From Mytilus trossulus (taxonomy: Eukaryota), in assembly GCF_036588685.1 (NCBI RefSeq), contig NC_086377.1, forward strand, positions 45,694,001-45,758,000: a DNA stretch of 64,000 nt, given 5' to 3'. The notes beneath the pieces were generated by a model that was not told the origin of the DNA, did not search any database, and saw only the letters and a list, made by a program, of their open reading frames with translations. Both the position numbers and the translations under genes were made by a program. Numbering within the stretch: position 1 is the first letter of the stretch; every line of letters starts with the position of its first letter. This document shows positions 39,497 to 52,984 of this stretch, in pieces.

Positions 39497-40121
39497 CTTT
39501 AATTTTTTGTGATTGGAGGAGACAAATGTAAAAAGTCACGAAAAAGATATGCAGGATTCGACATACTCTCAGAGGCGAATTCATTGCAATTGTTTCTCGC
39601 AACGTTCGTATGTTATCTTGCAGTTTGCATCTGTCGCTGATGATTATGTCTTTACATGAGACTGACTGACTGAATGAGATGGGTTACCATCACACCTGCA
39701 AAAGAATGTACTTTAGCAAATAATGACTCTATGTTTAAGAGTCATGTTGATGTTTTATGCATTTCTTGTCATTTAGTCAGTTGTTATGACATTATCCCCT
39801 CGGGATATAAGTTAGATACGATAACGTAATTCCCCTGTGTTTGCCACTCTCTACGATTCCACTCAATTGCTAAAAATGGTCGCACCGGAGCCTTTCACTC
39901 CTGGCACACGTATAAAGCGCGTTCTCAACAATTTATTTGTATCTTATTCAAGATTGACCTCTACGTAAAGAGAGGAGACGCGTTACATTTGAAATTATGT
40001 CATCAAATGAATTTGTTTTTTACAGCAATGCCCACTATATATACGTGGATGATATGATTATGTGTCGCGAATTCCACTGTCCTCTTATCAATTGAAAACC
40101 TTGAATGAGGCAAAAAAGAAA

Positions 40122-40192
40122 TGCATCGGCCGGGAATCGAACCCGGGCCGCCCGCGTGGCAGGCGAGCATTCTACCACTGAACCACCGATGC
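40122..40192 (-). tRNA. trnG-GCC: tRNA-Gly(GCC)
   Basis: identical gene in an indel-rich unit. Confidence 0.95.
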
Positions 40193-40856
40193 TTATGACT
40201 ACCTCATGTTAAACTTGATCATATAAGGACACATGTTACCTGATATGTATGGTATAAATGCATGTTAATATGATACTGAAATTGTCGGTAGAAACCCGGC
40301 CACAAATAAATGTGAAAAGAGGAAATCGGCGATAATGTAGATCCCATTTGTTCAGCTGCAGCATAATCTCAGCTCGAGGTTGAAATATAGTGACCAGAAA
40401 AACGCTGTATATTTTGAAACTTAGATATATATTATAAGCTTAAAACCCGCGTAGTTAAAACAAAAAAATAATCGTGATCTTAAAAGGGGGAGGGATAAGT
40501 AACCTCAAGTCTTTCAAAGAAGACCTATCGCAAAACGAAAAGTTCTGTAATTTGACACAATTTCTGTGTGGTTTCCATGACAGACAACTTGAACTCGGTA
40601 AAGTCGACATATGGTACATGCTAATTTTCATACTCCATATGTAATTATAAGCTAAATGCATAACTTTGCCCTTTACCAATTGTACGTTCTCTGCATCTAA
40701 TATTTACCGACTGGTATAGTTTTGTGAGCTTTGAATACTCTCCTTTCATGCTGTCAGCTGAATCACAGTTATCATATGTTGACACAATCATAAATGTATT
40801 AGGCTCGTAAGGACTGCTTATATATAGCTTAAATTAAGCAAGTTATACTAAGTCCG

Positions 40857-40956
40857 NNNNNNNNNNNNNNNNNNNNNNNNNNNNNNNNNNNNNNNNNNNN
40901 NNNNNNNNNNNNNNNNNNNNNNNNNNNNNNNNNNNNNNNNNNNNNNNNNNNNNNNN
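40857..40956. other. assembly gap (100 N)
   Basis: run of exactly 100 N, typical of a gap of unknown size. Confidence 1.
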
Positions 40957-41542
40957 GTATCGACTGTTTGATCACTGTGCTTAAACCATGTTTGTGTCAA
41001 CATATGATAGGTGTGAGTCTGCATCAAAGTAAATCTTTTCAAAGCTAACCCTGTCTACCTTTCTTACACAAACATATAGCAGTAATGTTCTGAAAGTGTA
41101 TTTCGTTCGATCTTAAAAAAATATAGAAATAATGCAATGGTAATGTACATGCAGGTAGTTTGTCGGCAAAATCGCCAACACTAAATACTTTATTACAGTG
41201 GCCGTAATTAATGTTCATTTACCGAAATGGATTAGTCAACCACTCCCCCTTTTTACATCTAGATTTCCATTGTGAAGCGGTTTCAATTAACTGATTACTG
41301 ACGCGAAACCGACGGCATATACACTAAGCATAGCATTTGAATCACGAGATTATGTCGCAGATTGGCAATTGAGTAAGTACCAAATGCACATCGTTTGTCT
41401 CTTGTCAGACATGTTTTTCGTGTTTCTACACGTTGTACCGACAATGTTGAATAATAAACATGCCATCTATCATACATACCATGTAACACGTGGTAATCAT
41501 GTACTGTCCTTATATGATCTAGTTAGACATACTGTGTTATAA

Positions 41543-41613
41543 GCATCGGTGGTTCAGTGGTAGAATGCTCGCCTGCCACGCGGGCGGCCCGGGTTCGATT
41601 CCCGGCCGATGCA
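41543..41613 (+). tRNA. trnG-GCC: tRNA-Gly(GCC)
   Basis: same 71-nt gene as in array 1, followed by TTTCTTTTTT. Confidence 0.97.
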
Positions 41614-41946
41614 TTTCTTTTTTCTTATCTTTGTCACTTTCTAAAGTACCAACTGGCAATGTAGAGTGAGGATAGCACAGTTTTATAGTTTCAATACTTA
41701 ACAATAATGGACAGTTGTTTGAAATTAATTGTGGGGATAGGTTACAACATTCAAACAACTACTACAGTCTTTTTGAAAATTTCCTTTTACAAATGTAGGA
41801 ATATCAAATGATGTAACTATTTCCTATCATGTCAGTTGAAAGTCGGAAAAGTCTAAACTAAATACACTTCTCATCTGTAACTTTTTCTTTCCTCATGACA
41901 TGTATTACAACAACAGTAATGTGATAAAGATGATCAAAAACTAAAG

Positions 41947-42018
41947 CTCCGATGCCGGGAATCGAACCCGGGCCGTCTGGGTGAAAACCAGAAATCCTAA
42001 CCACTAGACCACATCGGA
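41947..42018 (-). tRNA. trnE-TTC: tRNA-Glu(TTC)
   Basis: same 72-nt gene as in array 1, followed by CTTTAGTTTTT. Confidence 0.97.
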
Positions 42019-42643
42019 CTTACTATAACAAGCTTAATTTAAGCTACATATAAGCAGGTATCGACTGTTTGATCACTGTGCTTAAACCATGTTTGTGTCA
42101 ACATATGATAGGTGTGAGTCTGCATCAAAGTAAATCTTTTCAAAGCTAACCCTGTCTACCTTTCTTACACAAACATATAGCAGTAATGTTCTGAAAGTGT
42201 ATTTCGTTCGATCTTAAAAAAATATAGAAATAATGCAATGGTAATGTACATGCAGGTAGTTTGTCGGCAAAATCGCCAACACTAAATACTTTATTACAGT
42301 GGCCGTAATTAATGTTCATTTACCGAAATGGATTAGTCAACCACTCCCCCTTTTTACATCTAGATTTCCATTGTGAAGCGGTTTCAATTAACTGATTACT
42401 GACGCGAAACCGACGGCATATACACTAAGCATAGCATTTGAATCACGAGATTATGTCGCAGATTGGCAATTGAGTAAGTACCAAATGCACATCGTTTGTC
42501 TCTTGTCAGACATGTTTTTCGTGTTTCTACACGTTGTACCGACAATGTTGAATAATAAACATGCCATCTATCATACATACCATGTAACACGTGGTAATCA
42601 TGTACTGTCCTTATATGATCTAGTTAGACATACTGTGTTATAA

Positions 42644-42714
42644 GCATCGGTGGTTCAGTGGTAGAATGCTCGCCTGCCACGCGGGCGGCCCGGGTTCGAT
42701 TCCCGGCCGATGCA
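42644..42714 (+). tRNA. trnG-GCC: tRNA-Gly(GCC)
   Basis: identical array copy. Confidence 0.97.
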
Positions 42715-43047
42715 TTTCTTTTTTCTTATCTTTGTCACTTTCTAAAGTACCAACTGGCAATGTAGAGTGAGGATAGCACAGTTTTATAGTTTCAATACTT
42801 AACAATAATGGACAGTTGTTTGAAATTAATTGTGGGGATAGGTTACAACATTCAAACAACTACTACAGTCTTTTTGAAAATTTCCTTTTACAAATGTAGG
42901 AATATCAAATGATGTAACTATTTCCTATCATGTCAGTTGAAAGTCGGAAAAGTCTAAACTAAATACACTTCTCATCTGTAACTTTTTCTTTCCTCATGAC
43001 ATGTATTACAACAACAGTAATGTGATAAAGATGATCAAAAACTAAAG

Positions 43048-43119
43048 CTCCGATGCCGGGAATCGAACCCGGGCCGTCTGGGTGAAAACCAGAAATCCTA
43101 ACCACTAGACCACATCGGA
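43048..43119 (-). tRNA. trnE-TTC: tRNA-Glu(TTC)
   Basis: identical array copy. Confidence 0.97.
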
Positions 43120-43744
43120 CTTACTATAACAAGCTTAATTTAAGCTACATATAAGCAGGTATCGACTGTTTGATCACTGTGCTTAAACCATGTTTGTGTC
43201 AACATATGATAGGTGTGAGTCTGCATCAAAGTAAATCTTTTCAAAGCTAACCCTGTCTACCTTTCTTACACAAACATATAGCAGTAATGTTCTGAAAGTG
43301 TATTTCGTTCGATCTTAAAAAAATATAGAAATAATGCAATGGTAATGTACATGCAGGTAGTTTGTCGGCAAAATCGCCAACACTAAATACTTTATTACAG
43401 TGGCCGTAATTAATGTTCATTTACCGAAATGGATTAGTCAACCACTCCCCCTTTTTACATCTAGATTTCCATTGTGAAGCGGTTTCAATTAACTGATTAC
43501 TGACGCGAAACCGACGGCATATACACTAAGCATAGCATTTGAATCACGAGATTATGTCGCAGATTGGCAATTGAGTAAGTACCAAATGCACATCGTTTGT
43601 CTCTTGTCAGACATGTTTTTCGTGTTTCTACACGTTGTACCGACAATGTTGAATAATAAACATGCCATCTATCATACATACCATGTAACACGTGGTAATC
43701 ATGTACTGTCCTTATATGATCTAGTTAGACATACTGTGTTATAA

Positions 43745-43815
43745 GCATCGGTGGTTCAGTGGTAGAATGCTCGCCTGCCACGCGGGCGGCCCGGGTTCGA
43801 TTCCCGGCCGATGCA
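43745..43815 (+). tRNA. trnG-GCC: tRNA-Gly(GCC)
   Basis: identical array copy. Confidence 0.97.
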
Positions 43816-44152
43816 TTTCTTTTTTCTTATCTTTGTCACTTTCTAAAGTACCAACTGGCAATGTAGAGTGAGGATAGCACAGTTTTATAGTTTCAATACT
43901 TAACAATAATGGACAGTTGTTTGAAATTAATTGTGGGGATAGGTTACAACATTCAAACAACTACTACAGTCTTTTTGAAAATTTCCTTTTACAAATGTAG
44001 GAATATCAAATGATGTAACTATTTCCTATCATGTCAGTTGAAAGTCGGAAAAGTCTAAACTAAATACACTTCTCATCTGTAACTTTTTCTTTCCTCATGA
44101 CATGAAAATAATACAACAACAGTAATGTGATAAAGATGATCAAAAACTAAAG

Positions 44153-44224
44153 CTCCGATGCCGGGAATCGAACCCGGGCCGTCTGGGTGAAAACCAGAAA
44201 TCCTAACCACTAGACCACATCGGA
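44153..44224 (-). tRNA. trnE-TTC: tRNA-Glu(TTC)
   Basis: identical array copy. Confidence 0.97.
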
Positions 44225-44849
44225 CTTACTATAACAAGCTTAATTTAAGCTACATATAAGCAGGTATCGACTGTTTGATCACTGTGCTTAAACCATGTTT
44301 GTGTCAACATATGATAGGTGTGAGTCTGCATCAAAGTAAATCTTTTCAAAGCTAACCCTGTCTACCTTTCTTACACAAACATATAGCAGTAATGTTCTGA
44401 AAGTGTATTTCGTTCGATCTTAAAAAAATATAGAAATAATGCAATGGTAATGTACATGCAGGTAGTTTGTCGGCAAAATCGCCAACACTAAATACTTTAT
44501 TACAGTGGCCGTAATTAATGTTCATTTACCGAAATGGATTAGTCAACCACTCCCCCTTTTTACATCTAGATTTCCATTGTGAAGCGGTTTCAATTAACTG
44601 ATTACTGACGCGAAACCGACGGCATATACACTAAGCATAGCATTTGAATCACGAGATTATGTCGCAGATTGGCAATTGAGTAAGTACCAAATGCACATCG
44701 TTTGTCTCTTGTCAGACATGTTTTTCGTGTTTCTACACGTTGTACCGACAATGTTGAATAATAAACATGCCATCTATCATACATACCATGTAACACGTGG
44801 TAATCATGTACTGTCCTTATATGATCTAGTTAGACATACTGTGTTATAA

Positions 44850-44920
44850 GCATCGGTGGTTCAGTGGTAGAATGCTCGCCTGCCACGCGGGCGGCCCGGG
44901 TTCGATTCCCGGCCGATGCA
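44850..44920 (+). tRNA. trnG-GCC: tRNA-Gly(GCC)
   Basis: identical array copy. Confidence 0.97.
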
Positions 44921-45257
44921 TTTCTTTTTTCTTATCTTTGTCACTTTCTAAAGTACCAACTGGCAATGTAGAGTGAGGATAGCACAGTTTTATAGTTTCA
45001 ATACTTAACAATAATGGACAGTTGTTTGAAATTAATTGTGGGGATAGGTTACAACATTCAAACAACTACTACAGTCTTTTTGAAAATTTCCTTTTACAAA
45101 TGTAGGAATATCAAATGATGTAACTATTTCCTATCATGTCAGTTGAAAGTCGGAAAAGTCTAAACTAAATACACTTCTCATCTGTAACTTTTTCTTTCCT
45201 CATGACATGAAAATAATACAACAACAGTAATGTGATAAAGATGATCAAAAACTAAAG

Positions 45258-45329
45258 CTCCGATGCCGGGAATCGAACCCGGGCCGTCTGGGTGAAAACC
45301 AGAAATCCTAACCACTAGACCACATCGGA
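45258..45329 (-). tRNA. trnE-TTC: tRNA-Glu(TTC)
   Basis: identical array copy. Confidence 0.97.
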
Positions 45330-45954
45330 CTTACTATAACAAGCTTAATTTAAGCTACATATAAGCAGGTATCGACTGTTTGATCACTGTGCTTAAACCA
45401 TGTTTGTGTCAACATATGATAGGTGTGAGTCTGCATCAAAGTAAATCTTTTCAAAGCTAACCCTGTCTACCTTTCTTACACAAACATATAGCAGTAATGT
45501 TCTGAAAGTGTATTTCGTTCGATCTTAAAAAAATATAGAAATAATGCAATGGTAATGTACATGCAGGTAGTTTGTCGGCAAAATCGCCAACACTAAATAC
45601 TTTATTACAGTGGCCGTAATTAATGTTCATTTACCGAAATGGATTAGTCAACCACTCCCCCTTTTTACATCTAGATTTCCATTGTGAAGCGGTTTCAATT
45701 AACTGATTACTGACGCGAAACCGACGGCATATACACTAAGCATAGCATTTGAATCACGAGATTATGTCGCAGATTGGCAATTGAGTAAGTACCAAATGCA
45801 CATCGTTTGTCTCTTGTCAGACATGTTTTTCGTGTTTCTACACGTTGTACCGACAATGTTGAATAATAAACATGCCATCTATCATACATACCATGTAACA
45901 CGTGGTAATCATGTACTGTCCTTATATGATCTAGTTAGACATACTGTGTTATAA

Positions 45955-46025
45955 GCATCGGTGGTTCAGTGGTAGAATGCTCGCCTGCCACGCGGGCGGC
46001 CCGGGTTCGATTCCCGGCCGATGCA
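45955..46025 (+). tRNA. trnG-GCC: tRNA-Gly(GCC)
   Basis: identical array copy. Confidence 0.97.
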
Positions 46026-46362
46026 TTTCTTTTTTCTTATCTTTGTCACTTTCTAAAGTACCAACTGGCAATGTAGAGTGAGGATAGCACAGTTTTATAG
46101 TTTCAATACTTAACAATAATGGACAGTTGTTTGAAATTAATTGTGGGGATAGGTTACAACATTCAAACAACTACTACAGTCTTTTTGAAAATTTCCTTTT
46201 ACAAATGTAGGAATATCAAATGATGTAACTATTTCCTATCATGTCAGTTGAAAGTCGGAAAAGTCTAAACTAAATACACTTCTCATCTGTAACTTTTTCT
46301 TTCCTCATGACATGAAAATAATACAACAACAGTAATGTGATAAAGATGATCAAAAACTAAAG

Positions 46363-46434
46363 CTCCGATGCCGGGAATCGAACCCGGGCCGTCTGGGTGA
46401 AAACCAGAAATCCTAACCACTAGACCACATCGGA
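46363..46434 (-). tRNA. trnE-TTC: tRNA-Glu(TTC)
   Basis: identical array copy. Confidence 0.97.
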
Positions 46435-47059
46435 CTTACTATAACAAGCTTAATTTAAGCTACATATAAGCAGGTATCGACTGTTTGATCACTGTGCTTA
46501 AACCATGTTTGTGTCAACATATGATAGGTGTGAGTCTGCATCAAAGTAAATCTTTTCAAAGCTAACCCTGTCTACCTTTCTTACACAAACATATAGCAGT
46601 AATGTTCTGAAAGTGTATTTCGTTCGATCTTAAAAAAATATAGAAATAATGCAATGGTAATGTACATGCAGGTAGTTTGTCGGCAAAATCGCCAACACTA
46701 AATACTTTATTACAGTGGCCGTAATTAATGTTCATTTACCGAAATGGATTAGTCAACCACTCCCCCTTTTTACATCTAGATTTCCATTGTGAAGCGGTTT
46801 CAATTAACTGATTACTGACGCGAAACCGACGGCATATACACTAAGCATAGCATTTGAATCACGAGATTATGTCGCAGATTGGCAATTGAGTAAGTACCAA
46901 ATGCACATCGTTTGTCTCTTGTCAGACATGTTTTTCGTGTTTCTACACGTTGTACCGACAATGTTGAATAATAAACATGCCATCTATCATACATACCATG
47001 TAACACGTGGTAATCATGTACTGTCCTTATATGATCTAGTTAGACATACTGTGTTATAA

Positions 47060-47130
47060 GCATCGGTGGTTCAGTGGTAGAATGCTCGCCTGCCACGCGG
47101 GCGGCCCGGGTTCGATTCCCGGCCGATGCA
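47060..47130 (+). tRNA. trnG-GCC: tRNA-Gly(GCC)
   Basis: identical array copy. Confidence 0.97.
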
Positions 47131-47467
47131 TTTCTTTTTTCTTATCTTTGTCACTTTCTAAAGTACCAACTGGCAATGTAGAGTGAGGATAGCACAGTTT
47201 TATAGTTTCAATACTTAACAATAATGGACAGTTGTTTGAAATTAATTGTGGGGATAGGTTACAACATTCAAACAACTACTACAGTCTTTTTGAAAATTTC
47301 CTTTTACAAATGTAGGAATATCAAATGATGTAACTATTTCCTATCATGTCAGTTGAAAGTCGGAAAAGTCTAAACTAAATACACTTCTCATCTGTAACTT
47401 TTTCTTTCCTCATGACATGAAAATAATACAACAACAGTAATGTGATAAAGATGATCAAAAACTAAAG

Positions 47468-47539
47468 CTCCGATGCCGGGAATCGAACCCGGGCCGTCTG
47501 GGTGAAAACCAGAAATCCTAACCACTAGACCACATCGGA
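47468..47539 (-). tRNA. trnE-TTC: tRNA-Glu(TTC)
   Basis: identical array copy. Confidence 0.97.
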
Positions 47540-48164
47540 CTTACTATAACAAGCTTAATTTAAGCTACATATAAGCAGGTATCGACTGTTTGATCACTGT
47601 GCTTAAACCATGTTTGTGTCAACATATGATAGGTGTGAGTCTGCATCAAAGTAAATCTTTTCAAAGCTAACCCTGTCTACCTTTCTTACACAAACATATA
47701 GCAGTAATGTTCTGAAAGTGTATTTCGTTCGATCTTAAAAAAATATAGAAATAATGCAATGGTAATGTACATGCAGGTAGTTTGTCGGCAAAATCGCCAA
47801 CACTAAATACTTTATTACAGTGGCCGTAATTAATGTTCATTTACCGAAATGGATTAGTCAACCACTCCCCCTTTTTACATCTAGATTTCCATTGTGAAGC
47901 GGTTTCAATTAACTGATTACTGACGCGAAACCGACGGCATATACACTAAGCATAGCATTTGAATCACGAGATTATGTCGCAGATTGGCAATTGAGTAAGT
48001 ACCAAATGCACATCGTTTGTCTCTTGTCAGACATGTTTTTCGTGTTTCTACACGTTGTACCGACAATGTTGAATAATAAACATGCCATCTATCATACATA
48101 CCATGTAACACGTGGTAATCATGTACTGTCCTTATATGATCTAGTTAGACATACTGTGTTATAA

Positions 48165-48235
48165 GCATCGGTGGTTCAGTGGTAGAATGCTCGCCTGCCA
48201 CGCGGGCGGCCCGGGTTCGATTCCCGGCCGATGCA
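48165..48235 (+). tRNA. trnG-GCC: tRNA-Gly(GCC)
   Basis: identical array copy. Confidence 0.97.
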
Positions 48236-48572
48236 TTTCTTTTTTCTTATCTTTGTCACTTTCTAAAGTACCAACTGGCAATGTAGAGTGAGGATAGCAC
48301 AGTTTTATAGTTTCAATACTTAACAATAATGGACAGTTGTTTGAAATTAATTGTGGGGATAGGTTACAACATTCAAACAACTACTACAGTCTTTTTGAAA
48401 ATTTCCTTTTACAAATGTAGGAATATCAAATGATGTAACTATTTCCTATCATGTCAGTTGAAAGTCGGAAAAGTCTAAACTAAATACACTTCTCATCTGT
48501 AACTTTTTCTTTCCTCATGACATGAAAATAATACAACAACAGTAATGTGATAAAGATGATCAAAAACTAAAG

Positions 48573-48644
48573 CTCCGATGCCGGGAATCGAACCCGGGCC
48601 GTCTGGGTGAAAACCAGAAATCCTAACCACTAGACCACATCGGA
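48573..48644 (-). tRNA. trnE-TTC: tRNA-Glu(TTC)
   Basis: identical array copy. Confidence 0.97.
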
Positions 48645-49269
48645 CTTACTATAACAAGCTTAATTTAAGCTACATATAAGCAGGTATCGACTGTTTGATC
48701 ACTGTGCTTAAACCATGTTTGTGTCAACATATGATAGGTGTGAGTCTGCATCAAAGTAAATCTTTTCAAAGCTAACCCTGTCTACCTTTCTTACACAAAC
48801 ATATAGCAGTAATGTTCTGAAAGTGTATTTCGTTCGATCTTAAAAAAATATAGAAATAATGCAATGGTAATGTACATGCAGGTAGTTTGTCGGCAAAATC
48901 GCCAACACTAAATACTTTATTACAGTGGCCGTAATTAATGTTCATTAACCGAAATGGATTAGTCAACCACTCCCCCTTTTTACATCTAGATTTCCATTGT
49001 GAAGCGGTTTCAATTAACTGATTACTGACGCGAAACCGACGGCATATACACTAAGCATAGCATTTGAATCACGAGATTATGTCGCAGATTGGCAATTGAG
49101 TAAGTACCAAATGCACATCGTTTGTCTCTTGTCAGACATGTTTTTCGTGTTTCTACACGTTGTACCGACAATGTTGAATAATAAACATGCCATCTATCAT
49201 ACATACCATGTAACACGTGGTAATCATGTACTGTCCTTATATGATCTAGTTAGACATACTGTGTTATAA

Positions 49270-49340
49270 GCATCGGTGGTTCAGTGGTAGAATGCTCGCC
49301 TGCCACGCGGGCGGCCCGGGTTCGATTCCCGGCCGATGCA
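49270..49340 (+). tRNA. trnG-GCC: tRNA-Gly(GCC)
   Basis: identical array copy. Confidence 0.97.
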
Positions 49341-49673
49341 TTTCTTTTTTCTTATCTTTGTCACTTTCTAAAGTACCAACTGGCAATGTAGAGTGAGGAT
49401 AGCACAGTTTTATAGTTTCAATACTTAACAATAATGGACAGTTGTTTGAAATTAATTGTGGGGATAGGTTACAACATTCAAACAACTACTACAGTCTTTT
49501 TGAAAATTTCCTTTTACAAATGTAGGAATATCAAATGATGTAACTATTTCCTATCATGTCAGTTGAAAGTCGGAAAAGTCTAAACTAAATACACTTCTCA
49601 TCTGTAACTTTTTCTTTCCTCATGACATGTATTACAACAACAGTAATGTGATAAAGATGATCAAAAACTAAAG

Positions 49674-49745
49674 CTCCGATGCCGGGAATCGAACCCGGGC
49701 CGTCTGGGTGAAAACCAGAAATCCTAACCACTAGACCACATCGGA
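49674..49745 (-). tRNA. trnE-TTC: tRNA-Glu(TTC)
   Basis: identical array copy. Confidence 0.97.
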
Positions 49746-50370
49746 CTTACTATAACAAGCTTAATTTAAGCTACATATAAGCAGGTATCGACTGTTTGAT
49801 CACTGTGCTTAAACCATGTTTGTGTCAACATATGATAGGTGTGAGTCTGCATCAAAGTAAATCTTTTCAAAGCTAACCCTGTCTACCTTTCTTACACAAA
49901 CATATAGCAGTAATGTTCTGAAAGTGTATTTCGTTCGATCTTAAAAAAATATAGAAATAATGCAATGGTAATGTACATGCAGGTAGTTTGTCGGCAAAAT
50001 CGCCAACACTAAATACTTTATTACAGTGGCCGTAATTAATGTTCATTTACCGAAATGGATTAGTCAACCACTCCCCCTTTTTACATCTAGATTTCCATTG
50101 TGAAGCGGTTTCAATTAACTGATTACTGACGCGAAACCGACGGCATATACACTAAGCATAGCATTTGAATCACGAGATTATGTCGCAGATTGGCAATTGA
50201 GTAAGTACCAAATGCACATCGTTTGTCTCTTGTCAGACATGTTTTTCGTGTTTCTACACGTTGTACCGACAATGTTGAATAATAAACATGCCATCTATCA
50301 TACATACCATGTAACACGTGGTAATCATGTACTGTCCTTATATGATCTAGTTAGACATACTGTGTTATAA

Positions 50371-50441
50371 GCATCGGTGGTTCAGTGGTAGAATGCTCGC
50401 CTGCCACGCGGGCGGCCCGGGTTCGATTCCCGGCCGATGCA
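50371..50441 (+). tRNA. trnG-GCC: tRNA-Gly(GCC)
   Basis: identical array copy. Confidence 0.97.
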
Positions 50442-50774
50442 TTTCTTTTTTCTTATCTTTGTCACTTTCTAAAGTACCAACTGGCAATGTAGAGTGAGGA
50501 TAGCACAGTTTTATAGTTTCAATACTTAACAATAATGGACAGTTGTTTGAAATTAATTGTGGGGATAGGTTACAACATTCAAACAACTACTACAGTCTTT
50601 TTGAAAATTTCCTTTTACAAATGTAGGAATATCAAATGATGTAACTATTTCCTATCATGTCAGTTGAAAGTCGGAAAAGTCTAAACTAAATACACTTCTC
50701 ATCTGTAACTTTTTCTTTCCTCATGACATGTATTACAACAACAGTAATGTGATAAAGATGATCAAAAACTAAAG

Positions 50775-50846
50775 CTCCGATGCCGGGAATCGAACCCGGG
50801 CCGTCTGGGTGAAAACCAGAAATCCTAACCACTAGACCACATCGGA
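50775..50846 (-). tRNA. trnE-TTC: tRNA-Glu(TTC)
   Basis: identical array copy. Confidence 0.97.
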
Positions 50847-51471
50847 CTTACTATAACAAGCTTAATTTAAGCTACATATAAGCAGGTATCGACTGTTTGA
50901 TCACTGTGCTTAAACCATGTTTGTGTCAACATATGATAGGTGTGAGTCTGCATCAAAGTAAATCTTTTCAAAGCTAACCCTGTCTACCTTTCTTACACAA
51001 ACATATAGCAGTAATGTTCTGAAAGTGTATTTCGTTCGATCTTAAAAAAATATAGAAATAATGCAATGGTAATGTACATGCAGGTAGTTTGTCGGCAAAA
51101 TCGCCAACACTAAATACTTTATTACAGTGGCCGTAATTAATGTTCATTTACCGAAATGGATTAGTCAACCACTCCCCCTTTTTACATCTAGATTTCCATT
51201 GTGAAGCGGTTTCAATTAACTGATTACTGACGCGAAACCGACGGCATATACACTAAGCATAGCATTTGAATCACGAGATTATGTCGCAGATTGGCAATTG
51301 AGTAAGTACCAAATGCACATCGTTTGTCTCTTGTCAGACATGTTTTTCGTGTTTCTACACGTTGTACCGACAATGTTGAATAATAAACATGCCATCTATC
51401 ATACATACCATGTAACACGTGGTAATCATGTACTGTCCTTATATGATCTAGTTAGACATACTGTGTTATAA

Positions 51472-51542
51472 GCATCGGTGGTTCAGTGGTAGAATGCTCG
51501 CCTGCCACGCGGGCGGCCCGGGTTCGATTCCCGGCCGATGCA
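51472..51542 (+). tRNA. trnG-GCC: tRNA-Gly(GCC)
   Basis: identical array copy. Confidence 0.97.
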
Positions 51543-51879
51543 TTTCTTTTTTCTTATCTTTGTCACTTTCTAAAGTACCAACTGGCAATGTAGAGTGAGG
51601 ATAGCACAGTTTTATAGTTTCAATACTTAACAATAATGGACAGTTGTTTGAAATTAATTGTGGGGATAGGTTACAACATTCAAACAACTACTACAGTCTT
51701 TTTGAAAATTTCCTTTTACAAATGTAGGAATATCAAATGATGTAACTATTTCCTATCATGTCAGTTGAAAGTCGGAAAAGTCTAAACTAAATACACTTCT
51801 CATCTGTAACTTTTTCTTTCCTCATGACATGAAAATAATACAACAACAGTAATGTGATAAAGATGATCAAAAACTAAAG

Positions 51880-51951
51880 CTCCGATGCCGGGAATCGAAC
51901 CCGGGCCGTCTGGGTGAAAACCAGAAATCCTAACCACTAGACCACATCGGA
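51880..51951 (-). tRNA. trnE-TTC: tRNA-Glu(TTC)
   Basis: identical array copy. Confidence 0.97.
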
Positions 51952-52576
51952 CTTACTATAACAAGCTTAATTTAAGCTACATATAAGCAGGTATCGACTG
52001 TTTGATCACTGTGCTTAAACCATGTTTGTGTCAACATATGATAGGTGTGAGTCTGCATCAAAGTAAATCTTTTCAAAGCTAACCCTGTCTACCTTTCTTA
52101 CACAAACATATAGCAGTAATGTTCTGAAAGTGTATTTCGTTCGATCTTAAAAAAATATAGAAATAATGCAATGGTAATGTACATGCAGGTAGTTTGTCGG
52201 CAAAATCGCCAACACTAAATACTTTATTACAGTGGCCGTAATTAATGTTCATTTACCGAAATGGATTAGTCAACCACTCCCCCTTTTTACATCTAGATTT
52301 CCATTGTGAAGCGGTTTCAATTAACTGATTACTGACGCGAAACCGACGGCATATACACTAAGCATAGCATTTGAATCACGAGATTATGTCGCAGATTGGC
52401 AATTGAGTAAGTACCAAATGCACATCGTTTGTCTCTTGTCAGACATGTTTTTCGTGTTTCTACACGTTGTACCGACAATGTTGAATAATAAACATGCCAT
52501 CTATCATACATACCATGTAACACGTGGTAATCATGTACTGTCCTTATATGATCTAGTTAGACATACTGTGTTATAA

Positions 52577-52647
52577 GCATCGGTGGTTCAGTGGTAGAAT
52601 GCTCGCCTGCCACGCGGGCGGCCCGGGTTCGATTCCCGGCCGATGCA
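52577..52647 (+). tRNA. trnG-GCC: tRNA-Gly(GCC)
   Basis: identical array copy. Confidence 0.97.
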
Positions 52648-52984
52648 TTTCTTTTTTCTTATCTTTGTCACTTTCTAAAGTACCAACTGGCAATGTAGAG
52701 TGAGGATAGCACAGTTTTATAGTTTCAATACTTAACAATAATGGACAGTTGTTTGAAATTAATTGTGGGGATAGGTTACAACATTCAAACAACTACTACA
52801 GTCTTTTTGAAAATTTCCTTTTACAAATGTAGGAATATCAAATGATGTAACTATTTCCTATCATGTCAGTTGAAAGTCGGAAAAGTCTAAACTAAATACA
52901 CTTCTCATCTGTAACTTTTTCTTTCCTCATGACATGAAAATAATACAACAACAGTAATGTGATAAAGATGATCAAAAACTAAAG

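Larger units (their letters stand above)
22389..40856. repeat. tRNA tandem array type 1: ~13 x 1425-bp unit (tRNA-Gly-GCC minus, tRNA-Glu-TTC plus)
   Basis: exact 1425-bp periodicity in the sequence and ORF track; the last two units carry scattered indels. Confidence 0.98.

Noticed and set aside
38220-40856. Apparent degeneration of terminal array-1 units
   Set aside because: Differences are almost all small indels at a contig end, so consensus error is more likely than biological decay.
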